Source: an uncultured Thermomicrobiales bacterium (GTDB lineage: Bacteria > Chloroflexota > Chloroflexia > Thermomicrobiales > UBA6265). From it: a stretch of 64,000 nucleotides of DNA. How positions within the stretch are numbered: position 1 is the stretch's first letter; every line of letters begins with the position of its first letter. A model generated the notes under the pieces. The model did no database searches, was not told where the DNA came from, and saw only the letters and a list, made by a program, of their open reading frames with translations. Positions 47,699-57,637 of the stretch are shown piece by piece. The stretch is from positions 6,724-70,723 of the forward strand of contig CADCWF010000148.1 of assembly GCA_902806345.1 (NCBI GenBank), written 5' to 3'. Both the position numbers and the translations under genes were made by a program.

Positions 47699-48850
47699 TT
47701 GGCCCGACCGACGAAGATCACGAGGGTCCGCACCGTCGCGGTCGGCGCAGGCTGGCGGAACTATCTCTACGTCCTGCTCGACACCAGCGACGGATTGACC
47801 GGACTCGGGGAGGCGTCGCTCGGCGGCCAGACCAACGCCGTGCTCGGCGCGATCAAGGACCTCGAACCGCTCCTCCTCGGCGCCGATCCGTCACGGATCG
47901 AGCACCTCTGGCAGCAGGCCTATCGGCACGCCTTCTGGCACGGCGGCGTCACCTTCCTCAGCGCCCTCGCCGGCGTCGAGGTGGCGCTGTGGGACATCAA
48001 GGGCAAGGCGCTCGGCGTCCCCATCCACCGGCTGCTCGGCGGACCCGTCCGCGACCGCATCCGGGCCTACGCCAACGGGCCGCGCGGCGAGACGCCGGAG
48101 GAGCTGGCCCACTCCGCCGCCGACATCGTCGATCGGGGCTTCTCCGCCCTCAAGCTGGCTCCGTTCGAGGCGACCCCGATGCTGGCCGGCAAGCGCGTCG
48201 TCGATGCCGGGGTCGCAAAGGTGCGCGCCGTCCGGGACGCGGTCGGACCCGATGTCGAAATTATGGTCGACGCCCACGGGCGGCTCTCGCCGGCCCTCGC
48301 CGTCCGCGCCGCCGAGGCGTTGGCGCCGCTCGGGATCATGTTCTTCGAGGAGCCGTGTCTACCGGAGCACGTGCCGGCGCTGACCCGGCTCGCCCGCAAA
48401 TCGCCGATCCCGATCGCGGTCGGCGAGCGCCACTATTCGCGCTGGGCCTACCCCGAGCTGCTCGCCTCGCGGACGATCGGTGTCCTCCAGCCGGACATCG
48501 TCCAGAGCGGTGGCCTGGGCGAGGCGCGCAAGGTCGCGGCCCTGGCCGAGATGCACTTCGTCGCGGTCGCGCCGCACAACCCATGGAGTTGGGTCAACAC
48601 CGTCGCCTCTCTGCACCTCGACGCGGTGATACCGAACTTCCTGATCCAAGAGATCATCACCGACACTGAGCCGTGGAAGGACGAGGTCGTCGTGAATGCG
48701 CCGGCGATCGACGCGGACGGCTACTTCACCCTGCCCGCGACGCCCGGCCTCGGTATCGAGCTTGACCTGGAGGCCGCGAAGCGCTTCCCGCCGGTCACGG
48801 GGCGGCCGCCAGCACTGTGGCACGACGACGGCGCGGTCGCCGACTGGTAG
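47699..48850 (+). CDS. enolase-superfamily dehydratase (D-galactonate/D-mannonate dehydratase ManD-RspA subgroup-like)
   Basis: IEHLWQQAYRHAFWHGGVTFLSALAGVEVALWDIKGKALGVPIHRLLGG and FFEEP. Confidence 0.9.
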   Translation: MARPTKITRVRTVAVGAGWRNYLYVLLDTSDGLTGLGEASLGGQTNAVLGAIKDLEPLLLGADPSRIEHLWQQAYRHAFWHGGVTFLSALAGVEVALWDIKGKALGVPIHRLLGGPVRDRIRAYANGPRGETPEELAHSAADIVDRGFSALKLAPFEATPMLAGKRVVDAGVAKVRAVRDAVGPDVEIMVDAHGRLSPALAVRAAEALAPLGIMFFEEPCLPEHVPALTRLARKSPIPIAVGERHYSRWAYPELLASRTIGVLQPDIVQSGGLGEARKVAALAEMHFVAVAPHNPWSWVNTVASLHLDAVIPNFLIQEIITDTEPWKDEVVVNAPAIDADGYFTLPATPGLGIELDLEAAKRFPPVTGRPPALWHDDGAVADW

Positions 48851-48864
48851 GGGTAGAGCGCGGC

Positions 48865-50082
48865 ATGGACATGGAAAGCACGAACACAACGACTAGCAGC
48901 ACGACACCGACCGTCGAGCGACGCGATCTCAAGCTCAAGGTGACCGAGGTCATCCCGCACGTCCTCTTCGCCGGCCGGACCAACCTGGTCTTCGTCGAGG
49001 TCCGGACCGACGCCGGCATCGTCGGGCTCGGCGAGGCCAGCCTCGAGGGCAAGACGGAGGCGGTCGTCGGCGCCATCAACGACGTCAAGGAGTACCTGAT
49101 CGGCCAGGACCCGACCCGGATCGAGCACCACTGGCAAACGATTTACCGCCACTCCTTCTGGCGTGGCGGCGTCGTTATCGGCAGCGCCATCTCGGGCATC
49201 GAGCAGGCGCTCTGGGACATCCTCGGCAAGGCGCTCGGGGTTCCCGTCTACGAACTGCTCGGCGGCCGGGTCCGCGATCGGGTCCGCCTCTACGCCAACG
49301 GCCCCCGCGGCGACACCCCTGAAGCCGTCGCAGAGTCGTGCGCCAGATTGGTCGAGGCGGGCTGGGGCGCGCTCAAGCTTGCCCCGTTCGACGCGGTTCC
49401 GGGCGTCGCCGGCCGCCCTGAACTCGTAGCTGCCCGGCGCCAAATGGGGTTGATCCGGGACGCCGTCGGACCCGACATCGATATCCTGATCGACTGCCAC
49501 GGTCGGCTGTCACCGACTTCGGCGATCCAGATGGCCGACGCCCTGGAGGAGTTCGACATCTTCTTCTTCGAGGAGCCGGTCCTGCCCGAGGACCCGCGGG
49601 CGATGGCCGAGGTCGCGGCCTCGATCTCGATCCCGGTCGCGACCGGCGAGCGCCTCTTCACGAAATGGGGGTTCCGCGACATCCTCGAGGTCGGCGCGGC
49701 CGCCGTCCTCCAGCCGGACCTCGCCCACTGTGGCGGCATCTGGGAGGGGCGCAAGATCGCCGCGGCGGCCGAGGTGTCGTACGTCGCCGTTGCGCCGCAC
49801 AACCCCTACTCCTGGCTGCTGACGATGACGAGCCTCCAGCTCGACTTCGCGACCCCGAACTTCCTGATCCAGGAGTTCCTGGTCGACCACCCGCCGGCGG
49901 TCGAGCGCCTCTTCACCGAGCGGTTCACCTGGCTCCCCGGCGGGTGGGTCGAGCCGCCGACGGCGCCGGGTCTCGGCGTCGAACTCGACTGGGACGCCGT
50001 CCGCGCCCACGAGCAACTCCCCTACACCCGCACCTACCAGCCGTCGCTCTGGCACGTCGACGGGTCGGTGGCGGACTGGTAG
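48865..50082 (+). CDS. enolase-superfamily dehydratase (ManD/RspA subgroup-like), paralog of the upstream gene
   Basis: IEHHWQTIYRHSFWRGGVVIGSAISGIEQALWDILGKALGVPVYELLGG and FFFEEP. Start placed at MDMESTN. Confidence 0.9.
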   Translation: MDMESTNTTTSSTTPTVERRDLKLKVTEVIPHVLFAGRTNLVFVEVRTDAGIVGLGEASLEGKTEAVVGAINDVKEYLIGQDPTRIEHHWQTIYRHSFWRGGVVIGSAISGIEQALWDILGKALGVPVYELLGGRVRDRVRLYANGPRGDTPEAVAESCARLVEAGWGALKLAPFDAVPGVAGRPELVAARRQMGLIRDAVGPDIDILIDCHGRLSPTSAIQMADALEEFDIFFFEEPVLPEDPRAMAEVAASISIPVATGERLFTKWGFRDILEVGAAAVLQPDLAHCGGIWEGRKIAAAAEVSYVAVAPHNPYSWLLTMTSLQLDFATPNFLIQEFLVDHPPAVERLFTERFTWLPGGWVEPPTAPGLGVELDWDAVRAHEQLPYTRTYQPSLWHVDGSVADW

Positions 50083-50396
50083 GGCGGGTTCTGAAGGAAC
50101 GTTGCTGCCCCCTGCGTCTCTTCGAACAACTGAGGGCCCTCGATCCGGTCGCAGTGGCGGTGGTTACGCGTCATGAGGGTGAGGTCGTAGGCGAGCCCGG
50201 TCTCGGCGACAAAGAGATCGAAATCAGGGACGAGACGGCCCTGGGATCGGAGCTTCACCCTCGTCCGGGCAATCAGGGTCGACCAGAAACGATGCACTCG
50301 ATCGACCGGACGGCTCCCGTCCTTCCGCGCCCGGTTGATCATTTCCTTCCAGCGCTCCGCCTCCTCGGGATCGAGCGCTCGGCCAGAGCGGCGCAA
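50034..50396 (-). pseudogene. PIN-domain (VapC-like) toxin remnant lacking the N-terminal catalytic half
   Basis: C-terminal part DFDLFVAETGLAYDLTLMTRNHRHCDRIEG matches the VapC pattern D.lIAAtAl...LvTrN..hF.ri. There is no N-terminal LDTNV-type acidic motif. TTG start lies 4 nt after the upstream stop. Confidence 0.55.
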
Positions 50397-50399
50397 CCC

Positions 50400-50570
50400 T
50401 TACCAGAGACGCTCGACGTCGTGGGACATCTCCGACCCCTCAGGTTCTCGTTCGAGCCGGAAACGAACGCCATTCAGCTTGAGGACGATCGAGGCTTACT
50501 CGGCTTGAGCGAGAAATTTGCCAACTTCGCTTTCGGGATCAACGTCGACTTTGATCGACACCAATTCCAT
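50400..50570 (-). pseudogene. Phd/YefM-like antitoxin interrupted by an in-frame TAA
   Basis: After GGAGG the reading is MELVSIKVDVDPESEVGKFLAQAE*ASIVLKLNGVRFRLEREPEGSEMSHDVERLW*, with the in-frame stop at 50496-50498. Local GC is visibly lower (about 55%). Confidence 0.45.
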
Positions 50571-50611
50571 TGCAATCTTGAGCCTCCGCCCACCTGCACA
50601 TCTCCTAAAGC

Positions 50612-53158
50612 CTATACCGCCACGTCCGGCGCCGCCCGCTTCCAGAAGACCTCCAGCTGATCGGCGAGCAGGCGGTGCTCCGGCCGGGAGAGTTCGGGGT
50701 CACTCGTCAGGAGGTCGTCGGCGATGCGGCGTGCACGGTCGAGCAGAAGCATGTCGAAGGCGCCGTCGATCCAGGTCATCTCCGGCAGGCCGCTCTGGCG
50801 GGTGCCGATGAAGTCGCCGGGACCGCGCAGTTCCAGGTCCTTCTCGGCCAGGGCGAAGCCATCGTCCGTCTCGACCATCATCCGCAGCCGCTCCTCGCCC
50901 TGCGGGGTCGCCTCGTCGGCCAGGAGCAGGCACCACGAGGCGTCGCCGCCGCGGCCGACCCGGCCCCGGAACTGGTGGAGCTGGGCCAGGCCGAACCGGT
51001 CCGCGCCCTCGATCAGCATCACGGTCGCGTTCGGCACATCGATCCCGACCTCAATCACCGAAGTCGAGACGAGGATGTCGGACTCGCGCTCGCGGAAGGC
51101 GGTCATCACCCGGTCCTTCTCCTTGCCGCTCATCCGCCCGTGCAGCGTCGCGATCCGGAGGTCGGGAAAGACCTCGGCCTGGAGCCGGGCCGCCTCCTCG
51201 ACCGCCGCCTTCGCCTCCGTCGCCTCGCTGGCCTCGACCAGCGGGCAGATGACGAAGACCTGCCGCCCTGCCTCCACCTGCCGCCGAACCAGGGCGTACG
51301 CCTCGTCCCGCTCCCGGCCGACGTAGCGGCAGGTCTCGACGGGCGTCCGTCCCGGTGGCCGCTCGGCGATGACCGAGACTTCGATGTCGCCGTGGAGCAC
51401 CTGGTTGAGCGTCCGCGGGATCGGCGTCGCCGTCATCGAGAGGAGGTGCGGTACCTTGCCGGTCGCCTTGTCCGGCAGCGTCGCCCGCTGGCGAACCCCG
51501 AAGCGGTGCTGCTCGTCGACCACCGTCAGCCCGAGCCGGGCGAACCCGACCGCTTCCTCCAGCAGGGCGTGGGTGCCGACCAGGATGTCCACCACGCCCG
51601 CCGCCACGGCCGCCAGCGTCTCCCGCCGTGCCTTGGCCTGGGTGTTGCCTGTCAGTAGTTCTAGCCGCGGCTCGAGTTCCTCGGGCAGCCCCGCGAACAG
51701 GGCGCGCAAACCGCGCTCGTGCTGCTCGGCCAGCACCTGCGTCGGCGCCAGCATCGCCGACTGGTAGCCGCTGGTCTTGGCGACCAGCATCGCCGCGGCG
51801 GCGACCGCCGTCTTGCCGCTGCCGACGTCGCCCTGGAGCAGCCTCGCCATCGGCCGCGGCCGGGCAAGGTCGGCCTCGATCTCGTCCAGCGCCCGCTGCT
51901 GCGCTCCGGTCAGCTCGAACGGCAGCGCCGCCCGGAACGCCGCCAGCGTCGCCGGATCTGCCGCCATGACGGGGCCTTCGACGGCGCTCCGCTCGAGCCG
52001 CCGCCGCCCGAGACCGATCTGGAGCAGGAGCAGGTCGTCGAAGGCGAAGCGCCGCTCGGCCGCCTCCTTCTCGCTCTGCGTCGCCGGGTAGTGGAGCATC
52101 TCGTAGGCGTCGACCAGCGTCGGCGACCGAACACCGTCCGCCAGCCGGATCGCGTCTGGCAGATGCTCCTCCAGCGTCCCCTTCGTCGCGTCGAGGGCGG
52201 CCCGGGTCAGGGGTCGCAGCGTCTTCTGGTGGATGCCCTCGGTCAGCGGGTAGACCGGCGTCAAGCGCCCGGTCGAGAGGTTGCGCGCCTTTGGACCGGA
52301 GACGTGCTCCCACTCGGGTGAGGTGAAGCTGAGGGGCCCGTAACCCGTCTCGACCTCGCCGGAAACGGCGATCTCGTCGCCGATCGCGATCTGGCCGACG
52401 AGGTAGCGGTTGAACCACGTCGCCCGCACCCAGCCGGTGCCATCAGCGATCTTGGCGACGACCCGCGGCGTCCCCGCTCCCCGGACGAGTTGGACATCGA
52501 CCACCTCGCCGCGGACGGTGACCAACTCGCCCGGTGGCCGCAGTAGGATGTCGCAGATCTTCGAAGTCTTCGAGTAGTCGATGTGGTCGCGCGGCCGGTA
52601 GCGGAGGACGTCGCCGACGGTCTCCAGCTTCAGCTTCTTCAGCTTCTTGGCGACCATGTCCCCGACCCGCGGCAGGACCGTGACCGGATCATCCTGGTCG
52701 GCCTGGCGGACAGGCGCGACGACCCGCGTTCCCTCGGCGGAGCGGTCCGCTTTGGCCGCCGCAGTCCGTTTCGCCTCGGCTCTCGAGGGCGCGACCGCCC
52801 GCTCAAGGAGCCCGAGCGGGGTGGGTGGCGTGGCGGGCTCCCGAAGCAGTGGCTTCAGCCCCTTGAGGAGGTCGGCGATGCGGGGCAGTTCGGCCCGGCG
52901 GCCATCCGCGTCGAGCAAGCGGTAGGCGGCGAACCGCCCCTCGATCTCGTCCACCGCGGCCGCCGCCTGGAGGGTGGCGGCGGCAGCCCGCAGGTGCTTC
53001 ATCTGCGAGGCGGCGATGGCGAAGCTCTGGCCCCCGGCGCAGCCCCGCCGCCACTCCTCTCGCAGCCGCTCCAGCACGGCGTCGACCGGGTCGGCGGGCA
53101 GGGCTGCCTGGAGGTCGGTTCGGCGAGAGCGCTGGCCGGTTCGCTGGGGCGTACTCAA
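50612..53158 (-). CDS. recG: ATP-dependent DNA helicase RecG
   Basis: 848 aa. GDVGSGKT, DEQHRFG, wedge/OB region, TRG motif region QLHQFRGRVGRG. It has a long N-terminal extension. Confidence 0.9.
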   Translation of the reverse strand: MSTPQRTGQRSRRTDLQAALPADPVDAVLERLREEWRRGCAGGQSFAIAASQMKHLRAAAATLQAAAAVDEIEGRFAAYRLLDADGRRAELPRIADLLKGLKPLLREPATPPTPLGLLERAVAPSRAEAKRTAAAKADRSAEGTRVVAPVRQADQDDPVTVLPRVGDMVAKKLKKLKLETVGDVLRYRPRDHIDYSKTSKICDILLRPPGELVTVRGEVVDVQLVRGAGTPRVVAKIADGTGWVRATWFNRYLVGQIAIGDEIAVSGEVETGYGPLSFTSPEWEHVSGPKARNLSTGRLTPVYPLTEGIHQKTLRPLTRAALDATKGTLEEHLPDAIRLADGVRSPTLVDAYEMLHYPATQSEKEAAERRFAFDDLLLLQIGLGRRRLERSAVEGPVMAADPATLAAFRAALPFELTGAQQRALDEIEADLARPRPMARLLQGDVGSGKTAVAAAAMLVAKTSGYQSAMLAPTQVLAEQHERGLRALFAGLPEELEPRLELLTGNTQAKARRETLAAVAAGVVDILVGTHALLEEAVGFARLGLTVVDEQHRFGVRQRATLPDKATGKVPHLLSMTATPIPRTLNQVLHGDIEVSVIAERPPGRTPVETCRYVGRERDEAYALVRRQVEAGRQVFVICPLVEASEATEAKAAVEEAARLQAEVFPDLRIATLHGRMSGKEKDRVMTAFRERESDILVSTSVIEVGIDVPNATVMLIEGADRFGLAQLHQFRGRVGRGGDASWCLLLADEATPQGEERLRMMVETDDGFALAEKDLELRGPGDFIGTRQSGLPEMTWIDGAFDMLLLDRARRIADDLLTSDPELSRPEHRLLADQLEVFWKRAAPDVAV

Positions 53159-53246
53159 GGGTCGTCGACATCCGTCCTAGCGGAGGCGCGGCCGGCTCGG
53201 GATGCGGGGCTCCGAGTGTACCCCAGTCGCGGGACTCCGAGCCGGG

Positions 53247-54098
53247 CTACGGCACCGCTTCGACCACGGCGATACCCATCGCACCCGGCCCGATACGGGT
53301 CGCCACCGTCGGCCCGATCTGGGCCACGACCACCTGTTCCCGGGGGAGGGAGAGCTCGGAGGCGATCCGGTCGGCAAACGCGATGCCCTCGGTGCGGTCG
53401 GAGCTGTAGAGCGCCGCCACCCGCTCGATCGCCGGCAACCCCCTGGCGACGTCGATCTGACCGGCGAGGGCGCGCGAGCGCGTCCGCGTTCGCTCCCACG
53501 GCACGACCTGACCCTCGTCGATCCGCAGCATTGGCTTGAGCTGGAGCATGCCGCTGATGAGGGCGACAGCCCGCCCGATCCTGCCGCCGGGCTGGAGGTA
53601 CTCGAGCGTGTAGACGAAGAAGACGACTTGGTGGCGTTGCACCTCGGCCCGAAGCGCTTCGGCGATTGCCGGCGCGTCGGTCCCCGCCGCGAGCTCGGCC
53701 GCCCGCAGCCCCTGGAACCCGAGCGCCACCGAGCCGGACCGCGAATCGACCAGCTCGATCGGGACCAGCGGCGCCACCGCCGCCGTGGCGACCGCGGCCG
53801 AGTTGAGCATACCGCTCAGCTTCGCAGAGAGCAGCACCGCGACGATCGCGTCGTGGTCCACCGCCAGGGCACGGAACACCTCCTCGAAGCGGGCCGGCGA
53901 CGGCTGCGACGTTCCCGGCGACAACTTGACTCGCGCCAGCCGCTCCATGAACGCGTCGTTCGTGAGGTCGACCCCGTCGCGGAACGATTCGTCGCCGAAG
54001 CGGACGTCAAGCGGGACGACCGTGATCCCGACGGCGGCGCGCAGATCCTCCGGCAGATCGGCGGTCGAATAGGTGACGACGGCGATCCTCTGCCTCAT
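53247..54098 (-). CDS. DegV family fatty-acid-binding protein
   Basis: ATG 54098 (MRQRIAVVTYSTADLP). Typical DegV body. Stop/start are tightly packed with yloV. Confidence 0.9.
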   Translation of the reverse strand: MRQRIAVVTYSTADLPEDLRAAVGITVVPLDVRFGDESFRDGVDLTNDAFMERLARVKLSPGTSQPSPARFEEVFRALAVDHDAIVAVLLSAKLSGMLNSAAVATAAVAPLVPIELVDSRSGSVALGFQGLRAAELAAGTDAPAIAEALRAEVQRHQVVFFVYTLEYLQPGGRIGRAVALISGMLQLKPMLRIDEGQVVPWERTRTRSRALAGQIDVARGLPAIERVAALYSSDRTEGIAFADRIASELSLPREQVVVAQIGPTVATRIGPGAMGIAVVEAVP

Positions 54099-54102
54099 CC
54101 GG

Positions 54103-55792
54103 TTACTCCACCGCGGTGAGGAACCGGTAGAAGGGCTGATTACCTCGGTGGAGCTCGACCGCCGCGGTTGGCGCCAACTCGGCGAGCAGCTCGACCACCG
54201 CTTGGGCCTCGTCACCCGTGACCTCGTCCCCGCTGACGATCGTGACGAGCTCAGCCCGGCCGATCCCGGCGAGGTCCAACGCGCGGCGCACCACGTCCGC
54301 TTCGTCGGGTCCGGCCGCGACCAACCGCTCGTCGAGCAGGGCGACGACATCGCCCTCGCCGACCCCCACCCCGTCCTTTTCGGCGTCGCGGATCGCCCGC
54401 GTCACCTCGATGGTGCGGACGACGGCGAGCGACTCGGTCATCCGGGCGAGGTTGGTTTCGAGCGGGTCGGCGGCGGAGAAGGTGGCGAGGGCTGCCATCC
54501 CCTGCGGCACCGACCGGCTCGGCACGACGGCGACCGATCGCGACGCCAAATCCGGCACCCGCGCCGCCGTCACCAGGATGTTCGGATTGTTTGGGAGGAG
54601 GATCACGGCGCGATCGGGCAGCGCCTCGACGGCAGCCAGCAGATCGGCGACGCTCGGGTTCGTCGTCTGGTCCCCAGCCACGACCGTGGACGTCCCCAGT
54701 TCCCGCAAGGCTTCGGCCAGGCCTTCGCCCGCGGCCACCGAGACGACCCCGATCGCGGCAGTCGGTGCTGCGTCAGGGGTGGACCCCGTCGCCCCCCGGG
54801 AGGGACCGAGCTCGGGGCCGGAGCCGGCGGTCGCCTCGCGAGCGCCGGCTCGGCGGCGGGTCTCGATCTCCGTGTTGTCGATCCGGACCTGGTCCAGCTC
54901 GCCGAGGCCCAGCGCCCAGGAGAGGACCTCGCCGGGCTCGCGGGTGTGGACGTGGACCTTCAACAGATCGGGCTCGCCGACGACGACGGCCGAGCTGCCG
55001 AGGGCCAGCGGTCGGCAGCGGGCATCTTCGACGTCGAGCCCCTCGCCGTGGACGACGAAGTTGGTGCAGTAGCGCCGCGCCTCCTCGTCGTGGTCGTAGG
55101 CGACGTGCGCCTGCAAGTCAGGCCTGCCGTTTGGCGCCGCGGCAACGGTCTCGACGGCCTCCACGGTCTCACCCCGCCAGGCGAACGGCGCCCCTGCAAG
55201 GAGGATGACGATGCCCTGGCCGCCCACGTCGACGACCCCGGCCCGGCGCAGCGCCCCCGCGCCGCGGCGAGCGCCGCCTCCAAGGCATCGCCGATCGACC
55301 CGCCGCCAAGGCCGACGCCCGACAGCCATCCGCCGCCGACCGCATTACCGAGCGCATGGTGCCCTCGACCGGGTTGGCGACCGCCTTTTGGGCCAGCGCC
55401 CCGCCGCCTCCCATTGCCCGCGCCAGCGAGGCGGCATCGCCCCCGCCTCCCTCGCCCGCCAACCCGCGCAGCCACTGGGACAGGATGACGCCAGAGTTGC
55501 CAATGGCACCAAGCAATGCGCCACGGGTCATCGCGACGGCCAGCTCGGCCTGCGTCGCTCGCGCGACCGTGGCGGCCCGCCCGGCCTCGACCGCGGCGCG
55601 CATCGTCAGGGTCCTGTTGGTGCCGGTGTCACCGTCATGGGCGGGGTAGACGTTGAGGCGGTCGATCGCGTCGCGGTTCCGCTCGAGGAGGTCGGCGGCG
55701 GCTCCGACGGCCTCGAGGAGGGCGGCGGCGCGATCGGGGTCGGGGCCGTCGTCGGCGACGGCAGCGGCGGTCGGCGTCGCCGCCAGTGTCAT
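54103..55792 (-). pseudogene. yloV: DAK2-domain fusion protein YloV, reading frame broken around 55250-55330
   Basis: The N-terminal Dak2 part (NVYPAHDGDTGTN, GNSGVILSQ, NPVEGTM) is in the frame of ORF 55169-55846. The remainder (LRRAGVVDVGGQG to the C-terminus) is in the frame of ORF 54103-55329. Confidence 0.8.
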
Positions 55793-56001
55793 CGTCGAGC
55801 GCCTTTCCAGATCCCGCCGGAGGGACAAGGACCGTGCCATCACCACCGCGGGAACCGTTGTTGCCGCCCGAAGCGCGTGTTACAGTGAAATGACATGCGA
55901 CCATCGTCCATGTCCATTAGTCGTCTGGAGCGTCGATCGATCGGGCTCCGACCACTCCACCTAGCATAGAGCGAAGGCACATCCAACGGGAGGAATCAGC
56001 G

Positions 56002-56187
56002 GTGTCCGGCAAGTGTGATGTCTGCGGCAAGACGACGGTTTTCGGCCACAATGTGAGCTTTTCAAAGCGACGGACCAACCGTACGTTCAAGCCCAACGTT
56101 CACCGCAAGGCGGTCGTCGTCGACGGCGTCACGAAGCGGATCAACATGTGCACCCGCTGCCTGCGGACATCGGTCAAGACCTCCTAA
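56002..56187 (+). CDS. rpmB: 50S ribosomal protein L28
   Basis: GTG start after GGGAGGAA. MSGKCDVCGKTTVFGHNVSFSKRRTNRTFKPN. Confidence 0.9.
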   Translation: MSGKCDVCGKTTVFGHNVSFSKRRTNRTFKPNVHRKAVVVDGVTKRINMCTRCLRTSVKTS

Positions 56188-56198
56188 CCGACGAAGGG

Positions 56199-56244
56199 AT
56201 CGCCGCCCCCGTCCCGGCACCGCCGGGCGGGGGCGATTTTCGTT
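56199..56244 (+). terminator. intrinsic terminator after rpmB
   Basis: An imperfect GC-rich stem, ATCGCCGCCCCCGTCCCGG...CCGGGCGGGGGCGAT, followed by TTTTCGTT. Confidence 0.55.
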
Positions 56245-56261
56245 GCAGAGAGAAGGGATCG

Positions 56262-57497
56262 ATGAGCGCCATGGACCGCCGCGCCGGACCCAGCTTCGTC
56301 GGCGAGACGATCGAGACGACGGTCGAGCGGCTGGTGGCCGGCGGAGTCGGGCTCGCCCACGCCCCCGGGAAGACGCTCTTCGTCGCCGCCGCCGCGCCTG
56401 GCGACCGGGTCCGGGTCCGCATCGAGCGCGACCAGGGCAAGGTCGCCCACGCCCGCATCGTCGACCTCCTCGAGCCTTCGAGCGACCGGATCGAGCCGCC
56501 CTTCCCCGGGCTCGCCGCCAGCGGTGCCGCCGGCTTCGCCCACCTGCGCTACCCCGCCCAGCTCGCGGCCAAGCAAACAATCGTCCACGACGCGCTCCGC
56601 CGGATCGGCGGCATCCCGCTCGAGGCGCCGCCGGAGATCGTCCCGTCGCCGCGGGAGTGGGGCTACCGCATCCGCGCCGAGTGGCACTACGACCCGGTCC
56701 AGCCGGCGCTCGGGTTTCTAGCGGCCGGCAGCCGCCGCGTCGTCGACCTGCCCGACGACCCCCTCGTCGTGCCGGAGCTGGCGCTTGCCTACGCCGACAT
56801 CCGGGCGACGATGATGGCCGGCCGCCTCGGCGACGAGGCGCTGACGATCCAGGCGGCGACGGCGGGCGGCGACGTGTCGCTGCACCCCGATCCGGACGGC
56901 GGCGAGCCGCGAGAAATCGTCGCCGAGGTGGCGGGGGAGCGGCTCGCCTTCGATGCCCGCTGCTTCTTCCAAGGCAACGGAAGTCTGCTGGAGCCGCTCG
57001 TCGAGGAGGCGATGCGGTTCGCCGATGTCCCCTCGGCCGAGTCGCCAGCGCTCGACCTCTTTTGCGGGGTCGGGTTCTTCACCCTGCCGCTGGCCCGCCG
57101 CCACCGCCGGGTGATCGGCCTCGAGCTCGATCCGCACTCGGCCATCTTCGCCCAGCGCAACGCCGACGAGGCCGGACTTCGCGGCGTCCGCATCGCCGCC
57201 CAATCGGTCGAGGATTGGGGCAAGGAGGCGTTCCGCTCGTACGGCCGGCCGGCGTTCCTCCTGCTCGACCCGCCCCGTGGCGGCCTCGCTCCGAGCGCCG
57301 CCCGCGGCCTGCTCAAGCTGCGGCCCGGCCGCGTCACCTATGTCTCCTGCGACCCGGCGACGCTGGCGCGCGACCTGAAGCTGCTGATGGGCGACGGCTA
57401 CGTGCTGGAGCGGTTGGTCGCCTTCGACCTCTTCCCGCAGACGCCCCACGTCGAGGTCGTCGCCCACCTGACGCGGACCACGGAAGAGGCCGGCTAG
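56262..57497 (+). CDS. TRAM-domain 23S rRNA (uracil-5)-methyltransferase (RumA/RlmD family)
   Basis: N-terminal TRAM domain (GETIETTVERLVAGGVGLAH), SAM motif LDLFCGVGFFTLPLA, and catalytic DPPRGG...YVSCDPATLARD. Confidence 0.85.
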   Translation: MSAMDRRAGPSFVGETIETTVERLVAGGVGLAHAPGKTLFVAAAAPGDRVRVRIERDQGKVAHARIVDLLEPSSDRIEPPFPGLAASGAAGFAHLRYPAQLAAKQTIVHDALRRIGGIPLEAPPEIVPSPREWGYRIRAEWHYDPVQPALGFLAAGSRRVVDLPDDPLVVPELALAYADIRATMMAGRLGDEALTIQAATAGGDVSLHPDPDGGEPREIVAEVAGERLAFDARCFFQGNGSLLEPLVEEAMRFADVPSAESPALDLFCGVGFFTLPLARRHRRVIGLELDPHSAIFAQRNADEAGLRGVRIAAQSVEDWGKEAFRSYGRPAFLLLDPPRGGLAPSAARGLLKLRPGRVTYVSCDPATLARDLKLLMGDGYVLERLVAFDLFPQTPHVEVVAHLTRTTEEAG

Positions 57498-57637
57498 CGC
57501 TGCGGCGATCGTGATTGGCCGACGACGATCCGGTGGCTGCGCCCCCGAGTCCGGCAAACATTGACCGGGCCGGAGCGACGAAGCCCCGTGGAAGGGGCTG
57601 AGGACGGCGCTACCAGCCCTCACCCCGGCCGCGTCGC

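Noticed and set aside
56718-57630. The 3' two-thirds of the 386-aa ORF as real coding sequence.
   Set aside because: It is perfectly antisense to the well-supported RumA-type methyltransferase gene and has shadow-ORF composition. Only the first 80 codons or so continue the kinase homology.
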